Assembly: GCA_963725865.1 (NCBI GenBank)
Contig: CAVSAC010000014.1
Coordinates: 640,001 to 704,000, forward strand
Direction of reading: 5' to 3'
From: Candidatus Eiseniibacteriota bacterium
GTDB lineage: Bacteria; Eisenbacteria; RBG-16-71-46
DNA length: 64,000 nt
Position 1 is the stretch's first letter, and every line of letters starts with the position of its first letter. Below the pieces are notes generated by a model. The model was not told where the DNA came from, did no database searches, and saw nothing but the letters and a program-made list of their open reading frames with translations. Shown here in pieces: positions 1-11,769 of this stretch. Position numbers and translations under genes: made by a program.

Positions 1-52
1 CGGGCCCGCCGCATGGACAGCGCGCGCCGCGCGGGCCTACCATGCGCGCGCC

Positions 53-1980
<1,928 letters not shown>

Positions 1981-1984
<4 letters not shown>

Positions 1985-3864
1985 GCGATTCGACTTTCGA
2001 CTTCGGCGCCCGGCCGATCGCGGGCGGCGTGCGCTTCTGCGTCCCGGCGCCGCGCGCGCGACGCGTCGAGTTGATGATCGAGTCCGGGGCGCGCGCCGGA
2101 GCGACCATCGCGCTTTCCGCCTCCTCGGAGGGCGCCTGGCGCGCCAAGGTCGACGGCGTCCGCGCCGGCGATCGCTATCGCTACCGCGTCGACGGCCGCG
2201 GTCCTTTCCCCGATCCCGCCTCGCGCCACCAGCCGGACGGAGTGCACGGACCCTCGGCCGTGGTCGACCCGGACGCCTTCGCGTGGACCGACGCGTCGTG
2301 GCGCGGATGGCCGCTCGAAGCGCTGGTGCTCTACGAGCTGCACGTGGGCGCGTTCACGCGCGCCGGCACGTTCGCGGCGGTCACCGAGCGGCTGCCGGCG
2401 CTCGCCGAGCTCGGGATCACCGCGATCGAGCTGATGCCCCTGCACGACTTCCCCGGCGCGCGCGGCTGGGGGTACGACCCCGCGGCGCTGTGGGCACCGC
2501 CGCGCTGCTACGGCACCCCCGCGGACCTGCGCGCGCTGGTGGACGCGGCGCACCGGCTGGGCCTCGCGGTGCACCTCGACCTGGTCTACAACCACCTGGG
2601 ACCCGACGGCGCCTATCTGCCCGCGTTCCACCCCGGTTGGCTGCGAAGCGGAACGCCGACGCCGTGGGGCTCGACCGTCGACTTCGAGGGCCCCGAGTCC
2701 GCGCTCGTGCGCGCATTCGTGCTCGAGAACGCCGAGCACTGGGTGCGGGAGTACCACGTCGACGGTTTCCGCCTCGACGCGACCCGGTTCGTCCGCGACG
2801 CGGGCCCGCGGCACGTGCTGAGCGAGATCGCCGCGCGCGGCCGCGCCGCCGCCGCCCCGCGCGCGTTCGTGTGCGTCGCCGAGGACGCTCGCAACCTCAC
2901 CGCCACCACGCGCGCCGAGCAGCACGGCGGGCTCGGCATGGAGGCCGAATGGTCGTTCGACGCGCATCACCAGGCCCACCGGGTGCTGACCGGCGAGCGC
3001 GACGAGTACTACGTCGACCACACCGATTCGGTGGCCGACCTCGCCCGGACGCTGGAACGCGGCTGGTGGCTCGACGGGCGCGTCTCGACCTATCACCGCG
3101 GCGTGATCTGGGGCGAGCGTCCGGACGGCCTCGAGCTGCGCCGACTGATCGCCTACCTGCAGAGCCACGACGAGATCGGCAACCGCCCGCTCGGCGAGCG
3201 GCTGCACCACCTCGTGGACCTCGCCACCTGGCGCGCGGCGAACGTGCTGTTCCTGACCCTGCCCCACACTCCGCTGTTGTTCATGGGCCAGGAGTGGGCG
3301 GCCTCGGCACCGTTCCGGTTCTTCACCGACCACCACGAGCGCATCGGCCGCCGCGTCACGGCGGGGCGCCGGGCGTGGTTCGCGAAGTGGACGGGCTTCG
3401 ACACGCCGGAGTCCCTCGACCTGCTGCCCGACCCCCAGCATCCGCGCACGTTCGAGGACAGCCAGCTCGACTGGGACGAGCGCGTGCGCGAACCCCACGC
3501 ATCCGTGCTGCGATTCACCCGGGCGCTGCTGGCGTTGCGCCGCGAGGAGCCCGCGTTGGCGGCCCGCGCCAACGACTCGTTCGCGATCGAGGCCGTCGAC
3601 GACGGTGCGCTCGCGCTCGTGAGACACGCGCCCGGTGCCGCGCCGCTCGCGGTGCTGGTGCGCCTGCGCGGTGCCGGGCCGGTGAGCACGGGCGCGCTGC
3701 TCGCGCGGGTCGGCGTACGCGCGCCTGGCTGGGCGCTCGCGTTTTCGACCGAAGATCCGCGCTTCGCGACCGATCCGCTCGCTTCGCGCCTCGAGGTCAC
3801 CCCCGACGGCCCGCTCGCGCACTTCCTGCGCCCGGGCGCGATGGTGGCGCGCGGCGGCGGCTGA
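1981..3864 (+). CDS. treZ: malto-oligosyltrehalose trehalohydrolase (GH13)
   Basis: [58 protein letters not shown] start overlaps the glgB stop (TTGA). Confidence 0.9.
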
Positions 3865-3963
3865 TCCGCGGCGCGCGAGCGCGGCGTCCGCCCTCGACAT
3901 GCGAACGGCGGCCCCTCGCGGAGCCGCCGTTCGGACCGAGCGCGGTCGCAGGACCGCCCGCGC

Positions 3964-6030
3964 TCACCAGATCGAGATCGGCTCCGCGCGCACCATCGGG
4001 TCGCCGGACTTGCAGCCGAACGCCTTGCGGAACTCCTCCATGTTCGAGAGCGGTCCGTTCACGCGCCAGTACGCGACCGAGTGCGGATCGCTGAGCGCCG
4101 CCAGCCGCAGCAACTCGGGGCGGAACTTGCGCCGCCAGGCCTGCGCGAAGCCGAGGAAGAAGCGCTGTTCGCCGGTGAAGCCGCCGATCGCCGGCGCCGG
4201 CTTGCCCTTGAGCGAGAGCTGCCACGCGCGGTAGGCGATCGTCAGTCCGCCGAGGTCCGCGATGTTCTCGCCGAGCGTCAGCCGTCCGTTGTGGTGCAGC
4301 GTGTCCACGGCGATGTAGCCGTTGTACTGCTCCACCACCCGGTCGGCCAGCGCGTCGAACTTCTTCGAGTCCTCGGGCGTCCACCAGTCCTGGAGGTTGC
4401 CGTCGGCGTCGTACTGCCGCCCCTCGTCGTCGAAGCCGTGGGTCAGCTCGTGCCCGATCACCATGCCGATCGCCCCGTAGTTGATCGCGTCGTCCACGCG
4501 CGGGTCGAACTGCGGCGGGATCAGGATGCCGGCCGGGAACACGATCTCGTTGAACGTCGGGTTGTAGTACGCGTTCACGGTGGGCGGCGTCATGCCCCAC
4601 AGCGTGCGGTCGACCGGCCTGCCGATGAATGACAGCTCGAAGCGGCGCTGGAACTCGGTCGCACGCTCGAGGTTGATGGCGGCGGGCTGGCTCGGATCGA
4701 TCTCGAGCCGGGTGTAGTCGCGCCACTTGTCCGGGTAGCCGATCTTCTTCAGGATCGCGTCGAGCTTGCGCTTGGCCTGCGCCTTGGTCTCGGCGCTCAT
4801 CCACGGCCGTGACGCGATGCGATCGCCGAGCGCCGCCTGGAGGTTGTTCACCAACTCGACCATGCGCGCCTTGGACGACGCGGGGAAGTTCTCCTCGACG
4901 TACGCCTTCCCGAGCGCCTCGCCCATCGCGTTGTCCACCGCCTGCGAGGCGCGCTTCCAGCGCGGCAGGGGCGCCTTCGAACCGATCAGCTTGGATTGGA
5001 ACGCGAACGCCTCGTCGAAGAACGGCTTGCCGAGCCACGTCATGCGCGAGCGCGCAACGTTCCACTGCAGGTACGCGCGCCAGGTGTCCATCGGCGTGCT
5101 CGCGAGCAGCGCCGAGACCTGGCGCATGAACCCCGGCATCGACACGTCGAGGGAGGCGTCCGGGCTCGCGAGCGACGTCACGCCGAGGTCGCTGAAGTAC
5201 GCGGGCCAGTCGAAGCCGGGGGCCAGCAGCCCCAGCTCGCGGACCGTCATCTTGTGGTAGAGCGCCTTGGGATCCCGCAGCTGCACGTTGCTGAGCGAGG
5301 ACTCCGCGAGCGCCGTCTCGAGCTTCATGACCGCGTCCGCCTTCTGAGTGGCCAGCTCGGGCGCGTCGCCCAGCAACTGGAACACGTGGCCCACGAATGC
5401 GAGGTAGTCGGCCCGCAACTGCTTCGACTTGTCATCGTCGCGGAAGTAGTAGTCACGGTCGACCAGACCGAGTCCGCCCTGCACGACCTGGCCGATGGTC
5501 GAGCGGCTCTCCTTCGGGTCGGGCTCGGGGTTGACCTTGAACGGCAGCCCGCCGCCGCCCCACATGGTGGCCCCGATGCCCAGCAGCGCGGCGCGCGCGA
5601 ACTCCTGGCGCAGGTCCGCCGGAGTCTTGATCGCCGCGATGCGCGCGAGATGGGCCGCGAGCGGTGCCGCGCCCTCGCGGTCGGCGCGCGCCGAGTCCAT
5701 CAGCACCGCGTAGAGCTGGCCGAGCTTCTTGATCGTCGGGTCCTTCTCGGTGGCCACGTTCGCGCGCGTGCGCTCGAGCACCGTGAACAGCGCCTCCTGG
5801 TTGCGGTCGGCCATCTCGCGACCCGCGCCGATGCCGGTGTAGGACGGCGGGATCTCGGCGGTCGCGAGCCAGGTGCCGTTGGCGTACTGGTAGAAGTCGC
5901 GGCACGGCGCGCACGTGGTGTCCATGAACGCGCGATTCGGGGTCGGCGGAGGGAGCGTGGCCGCCGCGGCGAGCGCGGGGAGCGCGAGCGCGGCGAGCAC
6001 GAGGGCGGCGAGCGATGTCCTGCGATGCAT
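3964..6030 (-). CDS. secreted M13 (neprilysin/PepO-like) zinc metallopeptidase
   Basis: Signal peptide MHRRTSLAALVLAALALPALAAA; CRDFYQYANG, VNAYY, HELTH and GENIAD motifs. Confidence 0.93.
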   Translation of the reverse strand: MHRRTSLAALVLAALALPALAAAATLPPPTPNRAFMDTTCAPCRDFYQYANGTWLATAEIPPSYTGIGAGREMADRNQEALFTVLERTRANVATEKDPTIKKLGQLYAVLMDSARADREGAAPLAAHLARIAAIKTPADLRQEFARAALLGIGATMWGGGGLPFKVNPEPDPKESRSTIGQVVQGGLGLVDRDYYFRDDDKSKQLRADYLAFVGHVFQLLGDAPELATQKADAVMKLETALAESSLSNVQLRDPKALYHKMTVRELGLLAPGFDWPAYFSDLGVTSLASPDASLDVSMPGFMRQVSALLASTPMDTWRAYLQWNVARSRMTWLGKPFFDEAFAFQSKLIGSKAPLPRWKRASQAVDNAMGEALGKAYVEENFPASSKARMVELVNNLQAALGDRIASRPWMSAETKAQAKRKLDAILKKIGYPDKWRDYTRLEIDPSQPAAINLERATEFQRRFELSFIGRPVDRTLWGMTPPTVNAYYNPTFNEIVFPAGILIPPQFDPRVDDAINYGAIGMVIGHELTHGFDDEGRQYDADGNLQDWWTPEDSKKFDALADRVVEQYNGYIAVDTLHHNGRLTLGENIADLGGLTIAYRAWQLSLKGKPAPAIGGFTGEQRFFLGFAQAWRRKFRPELLRLAALSDPHSVAYWRVNGPLSNMEEFRKAFGCKSGDPMVRAEPISIW

Positions 6031-6234
6031 GGTGGATCCTCGGGAAGAGGTGATGGAATGGGGGGGAAGCGCAGCGACCCTACGCGAGCGCGGCGCGGCT
6101 GCCGCCCGTGAGCCGACGAGCGCGGGGAATGTGGGCACCAGAGCGAGGGGTGTGCCGCACGGTGCGCCTCCGCCCCGGGAATCCCGGCAGGCCGCGCGAC
6201 CGACGCGCGACCGCCGACGGTCATGCTGCGTGCG

Positions 6235-7593
6235 TCACTGGAGCGCCGGCGGTGACGCCGGTGCTCCTGCGCCCGGCTCGGTCAGCTTCCGGTGCTCGAT
6301 CGCCACTACCGCCGCCACCGCCAGCCACGCTCCGACCAGCACCAGGTTGACGATCGCGAAGTGGCGCACCTCGAACGCGAGCCGGGCGCCGAGCAGCACC
6401 AGGCCGGTGGAGAGCAGGTCGCCGCCGCGCACGAACAGCGTGTCGATCACCTGCTTCGCCTTGTACTTCGCCTCCGGCGAGGTGGGCAGGAACAGCGCCT
6501 GGCGCGTGGTGTTCTGCAGCGAGTAGTCGGTGGAGTTCTCGAGGATCTTCGCGCCGCGCACCAGCGCCAGCAGCGGCGCCGCGGCCAGCAGGCTGTAGCC
6601 GCCGAATGCCAGCACCGGCATCACGAACAGCGCCGCGCGCACGCCGAACCACTGCAGCACGCGCGACACCACGAACGCCTGCAGCAGCGCGGTGCACACG
6701 TTCACCCACAGGAAGAAGTCGGCGTAGAACTCGCCGATGAACTGCACTCGGGAGGCGTCGCCGACGGCGCCCGGGAACCGGCGCAGCGCCTCGCCGGCGA
6801 CCGTCCGGCCGAGCAGGTACTCGCCGTTCGTGTTGACGAAGTTCACCACCATCATGAGCGCCGCGATCCCGAGCAGGTAGCGACTCGACCACACCAGTCC
6901 GTACGCGCTCGCGCGCCCCAGCGGCGCCTCCGCGGACGCGGCGGCACCGGCTGCGCCGGCTTCCCGGCGCGTCAGCCGGCTCGCGAGCAGCGTGAGTCCG
7001 ATCGAGACCCCGAGCAGCGCCGCCGCCACGAGCAGCAGCGAATACACTCCGATCACGTCGATCAGCCGGCCGGCGATCCACGCGCCGCCGATCGCGCCCA
7101 GCGTCTGCCCGAACGCCACGATCGCGAACAGGCGCTTGCCCTGATCGGGCGTGTACACCTCGTTCGCGAACGACCAGAACTGGGCGATCACCATCAGGCT
7201 GAAGATGCCCACCCAGAGGAAGAACGGCACCCCGAGTCCGCGCACGCCCGCGCGGGCGAGCGCCCAGAAGATCAGCAGGTCGGCGAGAAAGAACAGCGAC
7301 ACACCCGTGATCAGCCACGTGCGTTTCACGCGGCTCGCGAACGCGCTGTACGCCGGCACCAGGAACAGCAACAGGATCGTCTGCCCGGCGGCGGCGTACG
7401 ACTTCACCTCGGCGCCGCCGCTCGCCAGGATCAGCGGCTCGCGCACGGTCTTGATCAGGTAGTAGGAGGTGAGCAGCACGAACACGTTCAGCGCCAGCAC
7501 CAGCGCGCCCGCGGCCTCGCCCGCGCGGACGTCCGCGAACGGCGCGAGCACGCGGTCGAGCAGGCTGTGCCGCGCGGCGGGTGCGGCGCTCAT
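6235..7593 (-). CDS. Npt1/Npt2 (TLC ATP/ADP translocase-like) MFS nucleotide transporter
   Basis: About 12 hydrophobic segments; YYLIKTVRE, QFWSFANEVY, KRLF, DYSLQNTTRQALFLP and KYKAKQVIDTLFVRGGD motifs; start ATGA-coupled to the upstream gene. Confidence 0.85.
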   Translation of the reverse strand: MSAAPAARHSLLDRVLAPFADVRAGEAAGALVLALNVFVLLTSYYLIKTVREPLILASGGAEVKSYAAAGQTILLLFLVPAYSAFASRVKRTWLITGVSLFFLADLLIFWALARAGVRGLGVPFFLWVGIFSLMVIAQFWSFANEVYTPDQGKRLFAIVAFGQTLGAIGGAWIAGRLIDVIGVYSLLLVAAALLGVSIGLTLLASRLTRREAGAAGAAASAEAPLGRASAYGLVWSSRYLLGIAALMMVVNFVNTNGEYLLGRTVAGEALRRFPGAVGDASRVQFIGEFYADFFLWVNVCTALLQAFVVSRVLQWFGVRAALFVMPVLAFGGYSLLAAAPLLALVRGAKILENSTDYSLQNTTRQALFLPTSPEAKYKAKQVIDTLFVRGGDLLSTGLVLLGARLAFEVRHFAIVNLVLVGAWLAVAAVVAIEHRKLTEPGAGAPASPPALQ

Positions 7594-8939
7594 CGGACGT
7601 CCTGCGCGGGGGGCGCGAGCACCAGCGAATCCGCGAGCGCGAGGTCGCCCGCGCCGCGCACGCGCCAGACCTCCATCCGCGCCGCGCCGCCGTCCGCCGG
7701 TAGGTCGAGGCGCACCACGTGGTAGTCGGTGAAGCCGCGTGCGGTGCCCGCCACCACTGCGGCGCCCGCGGGCAGCGCGTCCGCGATCGCGGTCGCCGCG
7801 CGCTCGTCGGTCGGGTACAGCGGCGCGCCGCCACCGCCGGTCACCACCTGCCAGAAACCCGCTCCGTCGGGGCCGCGGATGTAGGAGCGCCGGAACAGAT
7901 GCTCGTGCCCGGCCAGCACCACGTCGACCCGTTGCTCGAACGCCAGCCGCAGCAGGCGCTCGTGGTACGCGGGCGAGTCCCCGCGCGTCCAGTCGTCGCG
8001 ATAGTGACCCGCGCCCACGAGCGGGTGGTGAAGCACCACGATGCGCATCCCGGGGGCGGACGCGAACGCCGAGTCGGCCCACGCCAGCATGGCCGCGGCG
8101 AGCGCGCGGCGCGGTTCTCGGGGAGCCGCGGTCTCGGCGCCGACGAGCAGGTCGGAGTCGAGCACGACGAACCGCGCGCGCTCCGTGTCGACCGCGAACC
8201 AGCGCCGCTCCGGCACGCCCGCGGTGCCCATGAACGCCGCCCAGTTCGCGGCGCCGAGCGGATCGCAGGTGCGCTCGTGATTGCCGGTCGCGCTCATCAG
8301 CGGCACCCGCGCGCGCAGGCCCGCCCAGCGCGAAGCGAAGTCCTGCCACTGCACCGCGCGGCGCCCGTCCTGGACCAGGTCGCCGGTCGAGACCACGAGG
8401 TCGGCCGGCAGGGCGCCCGCGAGCGCACGAACGACGCGCGCCTCGCCCCCGCCGCGCGGGCGGCGGGTGAAACTCGTGACGAGGTCGCGCGGGCCGTCGA
8501 GCGTGGGCACGATCGCGCGCACCAGCATGACGGGCGCGGCCGCGATCGCGAGAGCGACGCGCCCGGGCTCGCCGGAGTGGATGCCACGCAGCGTTTGGTA
8601 GAGCCGCCACGGGCCGCTCTGCAACCGGAACCCGCCGCGGTTGTCGCCGAACACCAGCACGCGGGTCGCGCGCCCGGGCGCGACTCCGGTCAGGCGGCCG
8701 GCCTCGATGCGGGTGGCACCCGCGGCGGGCGTGACGCTGCCGCCCGCGGTCATGGCGCCCGCCACCGGCTGCGGTCCGGTGGTGGAGGCGAGCGGCGCGC
8801 ATCCCACGCCGGCCGTCAGCGCGAGCGCTGCCGTCAGCGCCAGCGCCGCGGGCGATGCGAACGCCGCGGGCAGCGCGAGCGTGGCGGGCAGCGCGAGCGT
8901 GGCGGGCAGCGCCGGCGCCGGCCCCGCGCGTCGGCTCAT
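7590..8939 (-). CDS. metallophosphoesterase (calcineurin-like/purple acid phosphatase-like), probable lipoprotein
   Basis: FGDNRG, TGDLVQDG, GNHE, VLHHP, AGHEH and VTGGGGA motifs; hydrophobic N-terminus ending in AGVGC. Confidence 0.85.
   Translation of the reverse strand: MSRRAGPAPALPATLALPATLALPAAFASPAALALTAALALTAGVGCAPLASTTGPQPVAGAMTAGGSVTPAAGATRIEAGRLTGVAPGRATRVLVFGDNRGGFRLQSGPWRLYQTLRGIHSGEPGRVALAIAAAPVMLVRAIVPTLDGPRDLVTSFTRRPRGGGEARVVRALAGALPADLVVSTGDLVQDGRRAVQWQDFASRWAGLRARVPLMSATGNHERTCDPLGAANWAAFMGTAGVPERRWFAVDTERARFVVLDSDLLVGAETAAPREPRRALAAAMLAWADSAFASAPGMRIVVLHHPLVGAGHYRDDWTRGDSPAYHERLLRLAFEQRVDVVLAGHEHLFRRSYIRGPDGAGFWQVVTGGGGAPLYPTDERAATAIADALPAGAAVVAGTARGFTDYHVVRLDLPADGGAARMEVWRVRGAGDLALADSLVLAPPAQDVR
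8866..8912. repeat. 18-bp in-frame tandem repeat (about 2.6 copies) encoding LPATLA in the N-terminal leader
   Basis: gcgggcagcgcgagcgtg twice plus a partial third copy. Confidence 0.8.
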
Positions 8940-10294
8940 CGAGCGGAGTCCGCCGCTGCGACCGCGCGCGCGGGGCCGCCGCGCTCAGCCGTTGCGCCGC
9001 CGCCCTGGGCCCACGCGACGAGCTTGTCGCGGCGCTCGATCAGCACGTGGGTGAGGTACTCCGTGGCGCGCGGATCGCTGAACCGCGCGCGCTCCACCGC
9101 GGCGCGGATGTGCGCGTCGGTGAACGCGCCGACGATGCGCGCGCCCCAGCGCACGTCCCGCATCGTGCGCTCGTCGAACGCGGGATTGGGATAGTCGGGG
9201 CGCCACGACGCGGGGTCGAAGTTCGCCGACTCGATGTAGCCCACGCTCGGCAGCCGCGGGTCGACCGCCCCCTCCCACGGGAACCGCCGCAGCCCGAGAG
9301 TCGCGAGCGAGCCCGCCATCGTGTTCCAGTCCACGAAGTACTCGGTGCCGGTGGGATAGGCCCGCGCCGTGAGCGCCGCCGATCCCAGCGTGGAGCCGAA
9401 GTCGATCAGGTAGTGGCGGACGAACGCGCGCCCACCCTCCTCCACCCACATGTCGAGCGAGTTCGGGGCCCGGACGTCGGCGTGGTTGGTCCACGCCGCC
9501 ATCGCCCAGAGCCCCCGCAGCTCGCGGCGATGCTGATGCGCGATCAGGTCCTCGGGGTCGTCCTTGCGCCGGCCCCGGTACTCGAACGGGCCGAGCGGCT
9601 TGCCCGCGAGCAACCGGCTCGCGAGCGCGCGATAGCTACCGTCGGGGCGGCGCCCCAGGCGCTCGAGGAGGCGCGCCAGATCCGGGGCCTCCATCCGCCG
9701 CGTGCGCCCGAGCGGATCGACGAACCTGGCGTCGTCCGCCAGTCGCAGGTCCTCGGCGCGGAACGTCACCACCGCGTTATCCGGCACGTTGTAGCCGGCG
9801 GCCCAGAGCAGATAGGTGCAGATCACGTCGGCGCCCGTCGCCATCTCGGGGAGCGCGGGGGGATCGAACTTGAGGATGAAGCGGTCGCCGCGGCCGTCGC
9901 GGATGAAGAAGCCGGGGGTGACGCCCTGGGTCTTGCCGCGCGTCACCGTCCACGGTCCGGGCGCGGGTCCGGTGCCGGGGCCGGGGCCGGTGAGCATCTG
10001 CTCGACACCGACCGGCCGGAAGCCGACGCGCGGCTGCCACCACGTGCTGGGCAGGTGCACCTGGTCGCGCTCGTCCACGTTGAGCGCCTCGCGCGGCGTG
10101 CCGCGCAGCTTGCGCACCGCGCGCGACGGGTCGAGCACGCGCGTCAGCGGACGCACCACGCTCTGGTCGACCAGCTCCCAGTAGTACGACAGCTCGCGCG
10201 CGCGCGGCGGGCTCGGCGCGGACTGCGCGCGCGCGAGGCCGGCGATGGCCAGCACCGCCGCACCCAGCAGGAGCCCGAGCCGGGGCGCGTTCAT
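8936..10294 (-). CDS. secreted hypothetical protein with atypical protein-kinase-like motifs
   Basis: Signal peptide MNAPRLGLLLGAAVLAIAGLARA; GKTQGVTPG, FILKFD, PEMATG, NHADVRAPN (DxxxxN) and LIDFGS. Confidence 0.7.
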   Translation of the reverse strand: MNAPRLGLLLGAAVLAIAGLARAQSAPSPPRARELSYYWELVDQSVVRPLTRVLDPSRAVRKLRGTPREALNVDERDQVHLPSTWWQPRVGFRPVGVEQMLTGPGPGTGPAPGPWTVTRGKTQGVTPGFFIRDGRGDRFILKFDPPALPEMATGADVICTYLLWAAGYNVPDNAVVTFRAEDLRLADDARFVDPLGRTRRMEAPDLARLLERLGRRPDGSYRALASRLLAGKPLGPFEYRGRRKDDPEDLIAHQHRRELRGLWAMAAWTNHADVRAPNSLDMWVEEGGRAFVRHYLIDFGSTLGSAALTARAYPTGTEYFVDWNTMAGSLATLGLRRFPWEGAVDPRLPSVGYIESANFDPASWRPDYPNPAFDERTMRDVRWGARIVGAFTDAHIRAAVERARFSDPRATEYLTHVLIERRDKLVAWAQGGGATAERGGPARAVAAADSAR

Positions 10295-11682
10295 TCCACC
10301 CCACCGATCGAGAACCGCAGCCGCGAGCCCTCGGGCGAGACATCCACCCCGACCATGCCCAGCACGCCCTTCACGACGCGCGGCCGCAACGCGACGCCGA
10401 ACGAGTGCTTCAGCGTGCGCGGCACGAGGTCCTGGGACAGCGCGTCGTACACGCCGCCGGTCTCGGCGTGGACCTCCAGCTCCACGTACTGCTCCAGCGG
10501 GAACACATAGGTCAGGCGCGCAAGCGCCAGGTCCAAGCCCTGGAAGCGCCGCGACTGGTAGCCCCACAGTCCCGCGCTGCCGCCCAGGGATTCGAGGTCC
10601 CCGAGCAGGAACGGAGCGTCGCCCGCCGAGACGTGCGTGTCGGTGACGCGCACCAGCAGCCGCAGCGTGCGCGGATCGCGCCCGAACGAGGCGCCGCCCT
10701 CGGCCTCCACCGTGCTCCGCGTGAAGCGCGCGCCGGCACGATCGCGCCCCCCGAGCGCGAGCTCGCCCGGCGGCGCGTCGAAGCGCTCGAACGAACCACT
10801 CACCCGCACTCCGCGCGCCCAGTGGGGGCGGCCTGAGCGGCCATCGAGCGTGCCATCGAGGCCCCACACCAGGTGTTCGACCTGCTGGTCGTCGAGCGCG
10901 CTGGCCAGCGCCGGATCGACTTCGGCGAGTCGCGCCTCCCCGCCGTCCGGATGCGCGATCCGCGTGACCGCCTCGCGCAGCCCCGCCTCGGCACCGACCC
11001 GCACCCGCGCGCTGCCGGCCGCCGCCGCGGGCCACCCCAGTCGCACGCCGGCGTGCCGTGCGTGCGAGGCGAAGATGGCCTCGTCGTCCGTCCGGCTCGC
11101 CATGCCCGCGCCGAAAAAGTGCTCCTGCGGCCGCCACTCTTCGTGATACGAAGCTGCCGCCAGGCCGGCGTCCAGCTCGACCCCCGCGCGGGTGTACTTG
11201 CGCGTGCTGCCGCTCCATTCCGCGCGCAGGTGGCGGCGCGTCGGCCTGGGGACGAGGGCGACCGTGACTCCGGTGCCGGTGTGGTCGCCGAGGCTCGCCG
11301 GCGCGGCCGTGAGGCCGATCGTGGGAGCGGCGGCGAACACCACGGCCAGCTTGGGGACGACGTTGGAGCTTTCGAGGACCAGCAGCCCGCTGCGCGTCGC
11401 AGCTCCGAGCGCCACCAGCGGGAGCGAGACCACCCGTCCGGGCAGGCGCAGCGCGGTCTCCCAGCCGGTCTCGCCGGTCAGGACGCGGGGCGGATTCCAG
11501 GGGGGCGCGTGGGTGGGCCCCAGGTCAGCCGTCGCAGCCGAGTCCGGGAATGCCTCCGCCGTCGCCGCCACCAGGGCGTGGAACGCCGGCGCGGGTCGGG
11601 CATCCGAAGGCCATGCGCCCGCGGCCGACACGGGCAGCGGCATGGCGATGGTGAGGGCGATCAAGACGTGGGGGGTCCGCAT
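10291..11682 (-). CDS. BamA/TamA (Omp85)-like outer-membrane beta-barrel protein
   Basis: Signal peptide; alternating amphipathic strands; LGGSAGLWGY resembles the Omp85 loop-6 LRGY motif; C-terminal RLRFSIG strand. Confidence 0.65.
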   Translation of the reverse strand: MRTPHVLIALTIAMPLPVSAAGAWPSDARPAPAFHALVAATAEAFPDSAATADLGPTHAPPWNPPRVLTGETGWETALRLPGRVVSLPLVALGAATRSGLLVLESSNVVPKLAVVFAAAPTIGLTAAPASLGDHTGTGVTVALVPRPTRRHLRAEWSGSTRKYTRAGVELDAGLAAASYHEEWRPQEHFFGAGMASRTDDEAIFASHARHAGVRLGWPAAAAGSARVRVGAEAGLREAVTRIAHPDGGEARLAEVDPALASALDDQQVEHLVWGLDGTLDGRSGRPHWARGVRVSGSFERFDAPPGELALGGRDRAGARFTRSTVEAEGGASFGRDPRTLRLLVRVTDTHVSAGDAPFLLGDLESLGGSAGLWGYQSRRFQGLDLALARLTYVFPLEQYVELEVHAETGGVYDALSQDLVPRTLKHSFGVALRPRVVKGVLGMVGVDVSPEGSRLRFSIGGVE

Positions 11683-11769
11683 GTGCGTCGCGCCAGTCTC
11701 GACGCCGGGCGCAGCGAAGTCAACGCCTGAACCGCGATGGTTCGCGACCCCTCGCGGGGACCGCCGAGG

